Below the pieces are notes generated by a model. That model was not told the origin of the DNA and made no database searches. It was given only the letters and a program-made list of their open reading frames with translations. From Podarcis filfolensis (taxonomy: Eukaryota): a stretch of 64,000 nucleotides of DNA. This document shows, piece by piece, positions 13,301 through 25,738 of the stretch. Where the stretch lies: NCBI GenBank assembly GCA_964270895.1, contig OZ185443.1; one strand, written 5' to 3'. Both the position numbers and the translations under genes were made by a program. Every line of letters starts with the position of its first letter. The stretch's first letter is position 1.

Positions 13301-13541
13301 ATTTGGTATGCGCCCCCCCCCCCATATCTAAGATCAGGGACAGCAGACTGTGTTGAGAGATGCACTTGGAACATATTCATATCAGAAGCATTCCCCTTGA
13401 TTGTTACTTCAGATGTTACAGAGCAGATGCCCAGTATTGAAACCTGCCTCAAAAGGGCCTGTGTTAACCTCTGCTGTTTGCATGTCTTGAGTCCAACCAT
13501 ATTAGATTGGACTGTCTTTATGAGCAGGTCATGCCAAACTG

Positions 13542-13674
13542 TAGTGCTATTTTTTCCTAGAAAAAGAGGTTCTGGAACTCACCATGAACGCCTCCCTTGT
13601 TCTAATGGCAATGCCACCCATCTGAGAGGTGCCGGAACCGAGTTCCTGTGAGGTTCTAGCTGAAAAAAGCCCTG
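13542..13674. mobile_element. 133-bp hAT MITE with perfect 8-bp TSD
   Basis: TIRs tagtgctatttttt / aaaaaagccctg; TSD ccaaactg at 13534-13541 and 13675-13682. Confidence 0.88.
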
Positions 13675-13752
13675 CCAAACTGTATGGTAGCTTTATGATG
13701 TGGATTAGGCACTAAGTTAATACTCTCACCTTCCTTTTTCTTGCAATTCATA

Positions 13753-13774
13753 TGTGTGTGTGTGTGTGTGTGTG
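13753..13774. repeat. (TG)11 microsatellite
   Basis: Directly visible. Confidence 0.95.
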
Positions 13775-13970
13775 ACTCTTTTTGGTGGACAAGAGGTTTA
13801 AAGGCTAGGGTATTAGTTTAACTTGGTTTTCCACCTACCCATGTTGTTCTGTGTTTTTCCAGTGAAATACTGAAAACCTTCCTTTCAGAAGACATAGGCA
13901 GAAGCCCTGTCATTGTGGCAGCAAGCACTGCACCAACTTTCCATTCATGTACATTTGCAGAGCACCTGAG

Positions 13971-14058
13971 GCTGCAATCCTAAACTCGCTCACTAGAGAA
14001 TGAGCCCCATTGAACACAATGAGACTAAACTCTCTGTGTCAACATGTATAGGATTGCT
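13971..14058. mobile_element. ~90-bp palindromic short MITE (PIF/Harbinger 'Chompy'-like); partial relatives near 3838, 6360, 45390, 46130 and 58220
   Basis: Ends gctgcaatccta ... taggattgc, with central ccccattgaacacaatgagac. Confidence 0.55.
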
Positions 14059-14299
14059 CCTTTCACCACATAACACAGCTTTACATCCCACATTTTAAAA
14101 ATACACAACAGAGCCGCAAAATGAATAAATACACCTTTAGGGCTGGAAGAGGACAAGGCAAGCCCAGCCTACAAAAGTCTTCTACTGTCATACATAAATC
14201 TTATTGAGTTGCTCCCCTCTTAGCAGCGAGTGGCGAGGGCCAAGCAGGGCACAGGAAGCGGGGCGGAGTGGCTGCCCCACACCAACCTTTCCCACAAGC

Positions 14300-15313
14300 A
14301 ATTGAAAGAGAAAAATGCACTGTTTTTAAAGCTAATACAAAAATATTAACACTTCTGTCCATTAGTATACACTGTTATATCTCTACAATATAACTCTTTA
14401 TACTGTACAGCTATAACATAACAAAAGGTGCAATTCCTTTAAAAAAATTCACACACTGCACATTTTTATCATTTTATTTTNNNNNNNNNNNNNNNNNNNN
14501 NNNNNNNNNNNNNNNNNNNNNNNNNNNNNNNNNNNNNNNNNNNNNNNNNNNNNNNNNNNNNNNNNNNNNNNNNNNNNNNNNNNNNNNNNNNNNNNNNNNN
14601 NNNNNNNNNNNNTTCCTTTGCTGCTCTGTGACAAGGATTCTACTTGCCATTCCCCCACCCCACCCAAGGCAAACCACGTTATCATTGTAAAATCCATTAT
14701 TAAATTCCCATTGTAGCATAAATTGCTTGTGCCAATGTCCTTTTAGAAAGAAGCACAGTTTAAAGCCATTGGGGTGTCCATAAACAAGAGTTTTTGCCCC
14801 ACATTTTAAAATGAACAAAGATATATACCACATCCTATGCAGAGAGAGGAAGAGAGCAAGAGAGAGAGGAGGAGAGAGAGACTAGTTTCTTGTAAGCAAA
14901 GGTCAACAATTTAGTAATATTTGGAAACACTGTATGGATCTGTTTCTTAGTTAAAAGACAGTGCCTCAAAAGAATAGGCAGCTTGTTGCAAACCCTTTAG
15001 GTCTTCCTTGTAATACTTTCAGTCCAACTCGAGTGCAGCGATATGCATATGTAAACATATTCTTTAAAGCAGATCACCTTTAAGGTCATTCAGAGTAGGG
15101 AAAAGCAACTCCCAGTTTTTCTTTTTAGCAATATCATTCTTCTGGAAGGCTCTCTCTTTGTTGCAGAGTCTTATTGGGATTGTGCTACAGAAAAATCTGA
15201 GCAAAGGTGTACATTTAGGCTCAAGTAGTAATGCAGCAAAACAATTTGGTCTCCCTCTCAGAAGACACTGGTACAGGGTCAGTCTCTTTGGCAGCCCAGG
15301 CTCAACCAGTGTG
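14300..15313 (-). other. TENM3: TENM3 3'UTR (distal end uncertain; interrupted by assembly gap)
   Basis: Follows the stop codon; AT-rich, no recognisable TE; CU-rich tract at ~14838-14880; minus-strand AATAAA at 14473-14478. Confidence 0.6.
14481..14612. other. Assembly gap (132 N)
   Basis: Run of N directly visible. Confidence 1.
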
Positions 15314-16069
15314 TTACCTCTTTCCAATCTCACTTTGCCTAAGGAACTGTATATTGTTAGCGCTGTCTGCTAATTCGGGGTATTGCTCCACGGAGAGTAC
15401 ATAGTACCCATCATATCCTTGGACTTTTCCAGCACTCAACAGTTGCCTCTTTTCCCCTTCTGTCCATAACCTGGCACCTTCCTCTCCATCTCTCACTCTT
15501 TGTTGTTCTCTGGCCCAGGCATTGGAAAGAGCCCTTTGCCTAGCCTGCTCTAATATCCGTGCCTTCTCCTCATCAAGTGTCATGCCGTAGCGCACATGAA
15601 GAGCCAGTGCACCATACTGCATTTCAACATCGGCAAACCTACGAGTCCTGCCGTTCACTACAGTGGTAGACTGGGAAACGGTGACGTTGATACCATTTTC
15701 TAGGGCCTTCCGTCCGCTAGTCAGTCTCAGCGTGCCCAGGTCACTCTCTGGCGAGGTGGTCTTTATGAAATAGTGTGTGTCCTTTCCTTCAATGGTGAAA
15801 TGCAGGTTTTCCAGGTAGTATGCATTGTTCAGAACAGCTGCCACTTTGATACAATCCTCGTTTGCAATGTTAAGCACATTAGTCTGCACTTTGCCTTGAT
15901 TGACAGCCAGCATAACCCCTTTCCCAATCAAAGACTTCACAGTTGCGAACCACAACCACGATTTCTCGCCGCCGGGTCTGCGCTTGCTGATCTGGACTTC
16001 TGCCATCTTTCCTAGGGACAGGAAAGCCTTTGCTTGCCTTGCCACTTGTTGTTGCACTCCAGAAATTGG
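15314..16069 (-). CDS. TENM3: TENM3 terminal coding exon (PISGVQQQ...RQSEIGKR*), C-terminal and Tox-GHH domains with TCAP-3
   Basis: Acceptor gttttcag|CCA; 756 nt including TAA at 15314-15316; phase 0. Confidence 0.97.
   Translation of the reverse strand, partial: PISGVQQQVARQAKAFLSLGKMAEVQISKRRPGGEKSWLWFATVKSLIGKGVMLAVNQGKVQTNVLNIANEDCIKVAAVLNNAYYLENLHFTIEGKDTHYFIKTTSPESDLGTLRLTSGRKALENGINVTVSQSTTVVNGRTRRFADVEMQYGALALHVRYGMTLDEEKARILEQARQRALSNAWAREQQRVRDGEEGARLWTEGEKRQLLSAGKVQGYDGYYVLSVEQYPELADSANNIQFLRQSEIGKR
15326..15445 (-). other. TENM3: TCAP-3 peptide coding segment (40 aa)
   Basis: KR|[40 protein letters not shown]|GKR*: dibasic site before and Gly-Lys-Arg amidation signal after. Confidence 0.9.
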
Positions 16070-17464
16070 CTGAAAACAAGAACAGACAGAAGTTTTACAA
16101 ACCATCTGTAGCCCCTAGATTCCAACAGTCATGCATTTATTGGCACAATGCCTGGAGCTGACAATAGGATATGCCACAACCGACACTGCCAAAGAGTTAA
16201 TTGAATCCACATACTGAATTCCACTGTTACAAGTGCTATTTTGTTTGATACTGTTTGATGTTTTTCTCATTTTTGTCTGTCTCTAGCACTGAATCACTCC
16301 AAAGAAATTTAAAAGGTGGTACATAAAGGATTATTATGCTTAATACTTGGCATTTGCACAAGTATATCGTATGTTAATTAATCCATCATGAAACCAGTTG
16401 TACAAAGCTGTAGCATAAACATTTTCCAGATGGGGAAATGGAGGCAGTGAGGCTAACTAGCTTGCAAAAGGCTACAGAGGCAAATAAATGTTAGGCAAGG
16501 GTTAAAATGAAAAAACCTTATTTACATCTAGCTAAGCTCACAGTGCAGCTCTTACCTTACAGACAAAAAACATTGTTTGAAAGGATTACTGCACTTGTTA
16601 TTGATCTAAACATTTCTAGCAATTTCCCTCCGAATCATTCCTATTGCAGAAAGGTTGAAAGACCTAAGATCATGGTCATGAGTTTCCTCGCACATTACAT
16701 CACTTGCGTAATAATTGCAGTGTTATATTATCCAACATGGAAACATAAGCTAGGTGGTGATAAACCTATTGTAGGCTTCTTGTCATTTACCTTGAACATT
16801 TAATGCTTCTCATAAAGCGAAGTTACATACATAATTGGTTGAAGTGGCACTTGTTAAGTGAGGAGTAGATCACTTAATATATGTCTCCACTGGCATTCAA
16901 TAACCAAGGTCCATTTCACTTTGCCCTGTGTGGAGGCGTGTACATATTTAAAAGTACTTAAAAGGCATTAATTTGCTCATTCACCTAGTTGTAGCGTAAA
17001 GAGAATAATTTCAAAGCTTTCAAAGACCCAATGCCCTGAATGTTGGCCGCACAGAGTGGTACCAAAAGTTGAGTGAATTGAGGGATGAGCAGGCTGTGCC
17101 AGGGAACATTTCCCTCTGCCATGGGCAGTGTTCCCTCTCAGGCAATTTTCTGGTGGCTGCACAGCAGTGGTGGGTGGGGCAATGAGAGTGACTCTTTTGT
17201 ACAGCAGAATACAGTCCAGCCGCATATAAGCCAGAGGTTTCTACACATGCATCTCTCCAGGCAAGTGAGAGGCGTTATTACGGTTCAAAGACATATTCCA
17301 GTCAGACAAAACTATAGGTGCAGGATCAGTGATGGGTGTGGGCTGAGGAGGGGGCATGACCCGAGGAGGCCTGGATTTGGCACCTGGGCCTGAAGTGCCT
17401 GACGCCTAGACTAGGCAGGTGGAAGTGGTGGATGGCTATTGAGCCAGGAAAGGACAGAGCAGAA

Positions 17465-17647
17465 GGGGAAGAGCCATGGCTCAGTGGTTGAGCACATGCT
17501 CTGCATGCAAATGGTTGTAGTTTAAATCCACAGCATCACCAGGCAGGAGTGGGAGAGGCCCCATCTGAATGTCACTGCCAGTCTGTGTTGCCAGTACTAA
17601 GCTAGCTAGGTCGATGGTCTGATTTGGTATAAATGGTCTTATGTTCC
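17465..17647 (+). mobile_element. Squam3-like tRNA-derived SINE, degraded
   Basis: Head ggggaagagccatggctcagtggttgagcac (A box); tail gatggtctgatttggtataa...ttatgttcc. Confidence 0.7.
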
Positions 17648-18714
17648 CGTGACCTGCAATGCAAGAAAATGGAGGAGGGAAGAAGCTAGAGCTATTTCTT
17701 CAATGCACTTGCTCCTCTTGTGTTCAGGGCCTGTGCACAGGAAAAGAAAGTATATGCTGATACAATTTTATGGGTTGTGTGAATACGGTTTCTGCTGTGA
17801 GAATACAGCTTGGGAAACTGATGCAGGTGGTGGCTTCTTGACCTATATAGCACGTGAAACCATCCTGATTCTTTAATTTAAAAACCAGAGAAGTTACAAA
17901 GATCCTTTAGAACAATTGTCATGAGTGAGCACCTGTTCTAAAGTTTCTCATTCCTCGCCAGTAACTGAAAACTTGATGGCGCATGGCCTTTTGATCTTTG
18001 AATAGTTAAGATTTATAATCGCTATTTTCCTAAATACCAGATAGGGCTTTTCTGTTTTACATTCCATTTATTTTTGTCCATCATTTAAACTGGCTACATA
18101 TTTCTGGACCGCAGGAGATTTTTTATCAAAAAATTTCATAAGCACCTAGAGTTTTTTTGGCTCTATGAAATGTAATGGGTTTTACCTGAGGTAATTTCAC
18201 ATTCAATATTTTATCTTCACATATAAAACATGGTTAATATTAAAGAGAAGTAAAATTGTACTGGTGCTTGGTATGCATAATTTATATCACCTGTTCTTCT
18301 GTTTATTTCACAGTCTATTTTTTATTACAGTGTTCACTTTCTGCCTTGAGGCAGGGTGCCGGTATAAATCCAATCTCCAGAGCTTCCACTGGGAAAGTTA
18401 CAATTCTAAAAAAGGGTTTCAAAATACTATTATTTATTGATTAGGTCTATCCTTCTTCCTATTTTAGTTTGCATTATGAAAAGCCAATTAGGATATGTCG
18501 AAATTCAGACCTAATCTTTAGCAAATGCACCAAGCAAGAGCAGAATTAGCATCTAGTCTATGGATATCTTGTGAATAAAAAATAGTCTTTACAAAGTGCA
18601 TTTAAATATTTTTTAATGCCACATAAGCCTTTGAGGATTATAGTGCTCAAACAGCATGGCGTCCTTTATTCAATTTTGACACAGTTTAATATTCACTTTC
18701 TTTTTTTTTCTTAC

Positions 18715-18845
18715 CGGTACGTCATCCCACTGCTGACTCTTCACAAGTTCATAGGAGGGCTCTGTTAAATCAAACTTGGGCACAGGGAATCCTGGGATAG
18801 CATTATGCAGGTGGAAGCCAAACGTTACCAGCCAGCTGTTGACAT
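18715..18845 (-). CDS. TENM3: TENM3 window exon 12 ([11 protein letters not shown]...QWDDVP)
   Basis: Acceptor ttgttag|AT; donor CCG|gtaaga; 131 nt, phase 1 to 0. Confidence 0.95.
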
Positions 18846-21558
18846 CTAACAAAATAATTGTGGAGAGAGAGGTCATATTTTCAATCCCTGATTATTTCAT
18901 TTAACTTTACAGAAGTTTACATTGGTTGGCCTGGATTCAGGTTTGAGCCACAATTAAATATATTTTGGGGGGAAACCACAGTATGGTTATATATTAGCTC
19001 ATCTAAACATTCTTCTTCTTCTTTGGAAAATGGCAATATAGATGCAGAATCCATTCTTATCCTGAGCCCATGAGAGTCATCTGCACCTCCGCTTTCAAAC
19101 TGGAAGCTGCCTGTGTGGCTCCTGCTGCACATGCTCTGCAAGCAGCAGCTGGATTTGTTTCCATGGCTTGTGTTGCTGGACTGGGCCTGTGGGCCTGACC
19201 ACACTTTCATTTGTCCCACGATCTCAAGTGATTTCAAGCCATGGGTTCGAGAGGGTGCCTCCCCCACTTTCCCTGGGAATACCCACTCCTTACTGCTTTA
19301 TCAGAGCACACATCAATCTGCAGAAAACCTGATTGATGTTTGCTCCCATTCAGCACTAAACACTGGATTTTCCCGAGGAAAGCAGTCGTACAAAAAAACC
19401 AACAACCTCTCTCAGACCCAGGACTTGGAAATGCTTGAAATCACGGGACAAACGGAAGTGTCAATGGGCAAAGTACCAATTTCCTTCCTTACTCATTCAT
19501 TCATCTAGCAGGTAATCTGCACTGTCAAAACTCACAGCCACGTGCATGCAGCTCGACTGCTGTGTGTGAATACCTGTAGTTCTGGTTTGTTGCCTTTAGA
19601 TTTCATGGACTTTTACAGTATCTGCAGGTATTATTGTTAGCTGACATGATAAATGATCTAGGGTCTAGAGCCAGAATAACTTATTTCCTCCTCTCAACTT
19701 AATCTTCATAAGCAATGCACCCTTTCTAGACAAAATCCCTTTGCTATGAGATGAGGCCAACAACTTTGTAAATATTCAAAGTAGTCAAAATCTCACACCA
19801 TTATTTTTTAAATATGTTACATGGTTGGTTCCTGATGGGTGCAAGATGGAGAAGGTAGTGTTCCATCTCCCCAGCTATTAAAGCACAGAAGATTCTGTCC
19901 TGTAAGATTCTGACTTGCTTCAGAACTACACATGACTGGGAACCATGCAAATTCGTGAAAATGTTCCCATACCTGTCCTGCCCCTATTACGGCAAAACAA
20001 GCTACTAGGAAGAAGACTTTACGATAATTTTGACTGCTGGAGATAAAACTCAGAAAATAACTGTTTTAGAAGGCAGGGAATGAATCTAGTCCTCCTTTTA
20101 TTCAGCACATAAAGTCAGGAGTTGAAGGATCTGTTTTTATGGGAAGTGCCAAACTAGTACTCTTGCAGTGTAATTGGAATCTGTCTACACCATTGCTGCA
20201 GAGCAGAAGGATAATAATACAATAATGAGGAAAGAGGCATTCTGCCACCCATTCCTCTTGCACCACATCTTAGTTGTAGATGTACTACTAAGAAGTTAAA
20301 TTATGCAAACAATACCCACAAGTACTTTTGAAACACTGTTCTTAGGGTGCTGGGAGTGCTAGGATAAGTATTTGAGCTGAATGACCACTGGATCTTCTCA
20401 TCAAAGTGGGGAAGGGGGAAAAGATATTTGTGGACAACATTTTATATAGTAGTTATCAACATATAATGGGTACAACAAGTAGCTTTAGTTTTGTGAAACT
20501 TGAAAAGTGAAAGTTGGCAGTAAAAAGCACGTGGCAAGCAGGCCTAGGTCCTGCATTAATCCATTTGGTCTGAGAACTCCTAAATTACCAGAAGAGATGA
20601 CAAAACAGTGGGAAATAAGAAACACTATTTTTCATTTAATATGCAAATGAATACACTGCCACAAACAGCAAGTGGGAGTGATAGCACATTATTTTTCATA
20701 CCGGTAGACGATGGCTTGGAAAGATTCCCTTCACAAAGATGATCATCTGAGGTGTTATCATGCAAGTAACAATCCCTACCAGGCACTCTAGATAAAGTTG
20801 CCATCTGGCATAATATCACCTATAATATTCAATACATTACTAGTTTATAAATGGTTGCTGTGGGAACTGTCTAGTCACATACAGAAACATCAAAATTGTG
20901 TTTTCCTTCCTGCAATTCCTTTGTTCTGAATCTCTTAAGAGGGCTGTAATATTCTGCAAGGACAAAGGACAGGGCCCACTATGAGGAGTGTTGACCATTC
21001 CTAGCCAAATGCCAGTTAATGATCCCAGGAGATAAAGTCCATCGTTATTACTGAAGCAATGGCCTTCACAGATGTATTTTGGAATATATTTTACACAACT
21101 CTATTTGCTTTTGTTCTCACTGAGATGGAATGAACTAGAATATGCATGGCAAAAACTATTTTGCCTTGGTGGCCTATATCCTTCATCATATTCAGCACAC
21201 ACTGTTGTCAGCTAGATAGCGTACAAGTAACTCGCAATTTACACACATTTAACTTGTGCACGTTCAGCTTTACGCACTTGGCAATTAAAAAAAAAAATTA
21301 AGGGGGAGGAAAGGGTGTGAGTAGCCAGTGAAAAAAACACTTTGGCAATCCCACCTACTACTGAATGCCAAGAGTTTTGACTCTACACGATTTTGACTTC
21401 ACGTACTATCCCTGGAACATAACTCCTGTGCAAATTGACTGTCACTGGTAATTAATTCCAAGGTGTTGCGTACAATGCCATTTGCTAACCAGGTAGATTA
21501 TGAGCAAACAGAAATTCCTGTCAAGTGTAAATCACTAAAAAAAAATACCTTTATTTAC

Positions 21559-23170
21559 CTGTGATATAATCTTTCACATCATGTATTCTGCTGGCTGGGT
21601 TGTTATTTCGGAACATATATAGATTAAAAGGAGCTGGATCCTTCCCTATTTTTTTCCAGATTTCAATGTCGGGTGTAGTCCAGCGGCCTGCCAGTATGTC
21701 ATAATCTCTTTGCCCAAAGTGAATCAGTTTGGTCAAAGGGTCATAAAGGCCTCCATGGAATCCAATCACCAACTGGAAGTCAAGATTGGAGTCAAAATAG
21801 ATCTCGCCGTAAGCTGTGTACTGGATCTGCTTCAACATCAGACCATTGCTGCTAAAAACAGCGAGTGGCGTGCCCGTGTTGTCCGAAGCGATGTAGAACT
21901 CATCTCCACTGCTGATCTCCATGGCAAAGAGGTGTCCTTGCAAGTCATAGTAGAGAGAGGTGATTTCAGAACTTGAATGGTTGTATACATGAGTTATCCT
22001 TGTAGGATATGTGAGGTCAGCATAAAAAAACTGGAGGTGTTGTCCCAGACTGGTTTTACTGGAAACTCGTCTCCCAAGCCCATCGTAACGGTATATCACT
22101 GTCCACCCACTGCCTTTGCTATAAACTCTGGTCAGCAGGCCCTTTGAGCTGTATTCAAATATCTCTGTACCCCTCTGCCGCAGGAATCCATCTTCATCTA
22201 AACGGTACTGTACATCACCTAGCCGGGTGATTCTGTCTCTCAAGTCATACCGAAGTGGTGTTAAACGAGCACTATTACTTGGATTGAGCAGATGGAGATT
22301 GCCGTTCAGGTCATAGTTGTATCGCCACATTATTTTTTCGTTCAGGTAAACTGTCTGTAGTTGCCCATCGACATCATATTCATACGCATACTTGGTTGTG
22401 TTAGCAAATGGCCCTATTTTAATTTCTCTTTTAGTTACCCGTCCCATGTTATCATACTGAATTGTAATCCAGTACATAAGGGATCTGAATATTTCATACT
22501 GAATTTCTTTTATGCGGCCGTGAGCATCAAAGTGTTTTGTGTAAGTCATTACAGCTGTGGAAATTATCTGGTTAATGTCATAATATATAACCCCAAATTT
22601 TCCAAACTGCTCAACTTTTCCAGAGATGTCATCAAACTGGTAAAGATCAATAGGCAATGGAGTTTCATTGATTACACCTTGCATGCTAGTCACTCTGAAG
22701 CTATTGTCATAGCTGTAGTCAAATCGGGCATTTACCATTCCATCTTCACTAAAGCGGAAAATCTGCCTGTCAATCAATGGGCCAATTTGCCTGTACCTAA
22801 TGGTGCAGATAAACCCATCGCTCTGGAGGTTTACTGTTTTCAGAACTCCTGCTGTCTCATCATAAGTAAAACTGACTCTTGTGCTATCATAGAGGATTTC
22901 AGAGAGCCTGGTCTGCCTTCTGTATTTGAAAAGGACTCTTCGACTTGTACCCAAGAAAGCAGTTTGTAGCAGCTGCCCTTCCTCATTGTAGTCCATGATG
23001 ACAGAAGCATTGCTTTCAGGGGGATTGTAGATGTTTCGATAATAGCCAATGGAACGGATAGTCTGCATAGTATGGCGAGCAACACTAGGCATGGTTATTG
23101 CAGAAAGCCGATCCAGTAAGTCATATTCAAAGATGTACTGCCGTTGACTATGCAGCAAGAGGACCATAGA
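21559..23170 (-). CDS. TENM3: TENM3 window exon 11 ([11 protein letters not shown]...VKDYIT), large YD/RHS-repeat exon including the RHS-core-like motif
   Basis: Acceptor ttttcag|TCT; donor ACAG|gtaaat; 1612 nt, phase 0 to 1; many YD/YxYD repeats. Confidence 0.97.
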
Positions 23171-24709
23171 CTGAAAAGGAAAGGAAAAGGAAGTTTAATC
23201 CAATGCCAAAACCACTGTATGATAACAGCACTTTGTTTGAGTAAATCATCATCTTCTAAATTGAGTTATCCTTGACCTTACATATTGGTAATTATTCTCT
23301 GCCTAATTCATTTGGATACTTAATTGTAAGGGGTTTGGTAATTAGTAGCTCCAGACTCTTAATGTGCTACTTGTTGTGACTGAGCCATTCTTTTATCAGG
23401 CACTCACAGCCAAACAGCAGATTGTCAATGGATTTGGATAAGTCATGTTTAATACTGGCAAAAGTGAAACTGTCTTAAAGCCAATAACTCAGGAAGGGAA
23501 CAACATATGGAAGAGACAATTTCACTCCTGTAATTAGAGATAATTTAGCGAGAAGTTTACTAGCCTGAAGATCCCTGAACTTCCTCTTCCACATCTATTT
23601 GTCAGATGGGCAAAGCAATTTATTTATTATTTACATCAAACTTTGTAGAGTCAATCAGCCACGAAATGACTTTTTTGGGGAGGTAAAGCTTCAGTGGTGT
23701 TGCTTGTTTACATTATTCACATGAAGATGTATGAAACAGTCATAATATATCCCTGGCTTTTCTTATCTAAGGCAAAGCCTGCTCTGGCTCCCTGAAAGTG
23801 ATGTCACCTTAAAAGATAATAGAAGGCAACACAATTGGATGCTTTCATTACTTCTTGATTGATTCCATAAGACTGAACATATGAAGCCCTCAATTTTAAG
23901 ACATAACATATTTAGAAGCACTTACATTATGCTCTGCTTAGTACTGTGCTATGCTAGCAAAGCGTGGGATTGAGTTTCCAGTGCACATATAAAGGAGTAC
24001 CTTATCCCTTCTTTTGGCACAGGAAATTGCACTCTCTGCCAGGCGGCAGAAGTTACTGGCACTGCTGCACCAATGCTGGGGAAATGCCCTTATACAGCAG
24101 ACACAGCCACAGCACATGTGTGAGAGTTCGGATTTAAAGAAAATGTGGTACAGTTTATCTTGCTAGTTCATCTGTAAAACTTACAGTGTGGATGCAATCA
24201 GGCTACCAGTGACATTTGGCAGGTAGTGACTAGAGGTAAAAGTCTTTTCCGTAATGGTGACCTGGCTTTGGAGCTCTCAGTAGAGCTTTGCTTGGCACAA
24301 AGTCTACTGTCCTTTTGGTACCAGGTGAAAACCTTTATGCTCTCTACACCTTTTCGATTTCCTTTTGCAAATTGGATTTTATCTTGTTACTCTGTTGCTG
24401 TGTCTTTTTTTCCTTACTGTTGCAAATTTTAAATTGGGTTGTAACCAATAGCTGTTCTTTTGCTGATAGAAAGCTCTTTCATTCAGCATAGCTTTCTGTC
24501 AGCAGAACAGGGACTGGGGTGGTCTCTAGTCATTCTCCTTCCCCTTGGAGGCCCCATGCAGCACCTGCCATGCTGTTCCTTCAAACCATCCAGAGTTGAT
24601 TTTGGAGGGGGCTGCAGAAGGGTAGGAGAATAGCTGAAAACACCAAATGCATACAAGCAATAGTTTTTATCTGTGCTGGCAGCTGCTTTTCAAAATTAAA
24701 AATGGAATA

Positions 24710-25062
24710 AAAAGGTAAAGGCAAAGGTACCCCTGCCTGTACGGGCCAGTCGTGTCCGACTCTAGGGTTGTGCGCTCATCTCACTTAAGAGGCCGGGAGC
24801 CAGCGCTGTCCGGAGACACTTCCGGGTCACGTGGCCAGCGTGACGAAGCTGCTCTGGCGAGCCAGCACCAGCACAGCACACGGAAACGCCGTTTACCTTC
24901 CCGCTATAAAGCGGTACCTATTTATCTACTTGCACTTGACGTGCTTTCGAACTGCTAGGTGGGCAGGAGCTGGGACCGAAAGACGGGAGCTCACCCTGCC
25001 GCGGGGATTCGAACCGCCGACCATACGATCAGCAAGTCCTAGGCACTGAGGTTTTACCCATT
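24710..25062 (-). mobile_element. Sauria SINE (Squam1), CpG-rich subfamily, slightly 5'-truncated
   Basis: (ACCTTT)n-type tail; B box ggttcgaatcccc; TSD aatggaata at 24701-24709 and 25063-25071; 3' body differs from the 49105 and 53411 copies. Confidence 0.9.
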
Positions 25063-25441
25063 AATGGAATAGGAAATACCTAAATAATAAGTAGATAAAA
25101 TTTGGCATGATTCTGAGAAAAACAACTGTAATTAAACTTTTTCAGGTCACTGGGATGCAATCACTCAAGTAATCTTTAATTCTGATCTATTTCGACGGCA
25201 TCATTAACTTTCACTGGATTGCACCAATTGGCAGCAAACCAACAAATGTAAGAAGTGCACCTTATTTTAGGAACTGTATAGATCCATATTCTTATTCTTC
25301 AGGTATGGATATTTTGTAGCTCCACAGTCTAAAACTAAAAATCTTGTACATCAGTGTATGGCTTGTGACCATTTTCTGCAGCAATAGCTCACTAATTTAA
25401 CTGCAAGACACACACATTCCTACGATAGGATAGCACTTTAC

Positions 25442-25738
25442 CTTTTCAAGATATGTGTAACTCCACGTTTTGCCATCAGCAAATACTCTAGATACAATTC
25501 TTCCCTGTCCATCATAATCTACTTTTTCACTAGTAGTTCCTCGCTGGATACTGCCAATTTGACCTGTAGATGAATAGGTAACATTGACAGCCATAAGCTT
25601 GCTGCTTGGGAGCCAGAGAGTTGGGTGTCCTGATGTGTCATAGGCAATCCTCAACAGAAATTTACGATGGTCATCGTAGATCTTCTCTGTCTTTGAGGTC
25701 CGATCAAAGTCAACAGAAAGGAGATTCCTACCATTAAC
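25442..25738 (-). CDS. TENM3: TENM3 window exon 10 ([13 protein letters not shown]...YTYLEK), YD shell
   Basis: Acceptor tttcataaaag|GTT; donor AAG|gtaaag; 297 nt, phase 0 to 0. Confidence 0.95.

Noticed and set aside
1-14300. Search for exons of a neighbouring gene (DCTD is syntenic in mammals)
   Set aside because: No matching coding sequence recognised.
16058-16066. PISG where human is recalled as PIFG; also GQRDYD versus GERDYD near 21710
   Set aside because: Paralogous teneurins vary at these positions as recalled, so these are probably tolerated substitutions; the human sequence was not verified here.
22361-22969. 202-aa + strand ORF (and others at 21710, 22840, 15773)
   Set aside because: Antisense shadows of TENM3 coding exons with no protein-like features.
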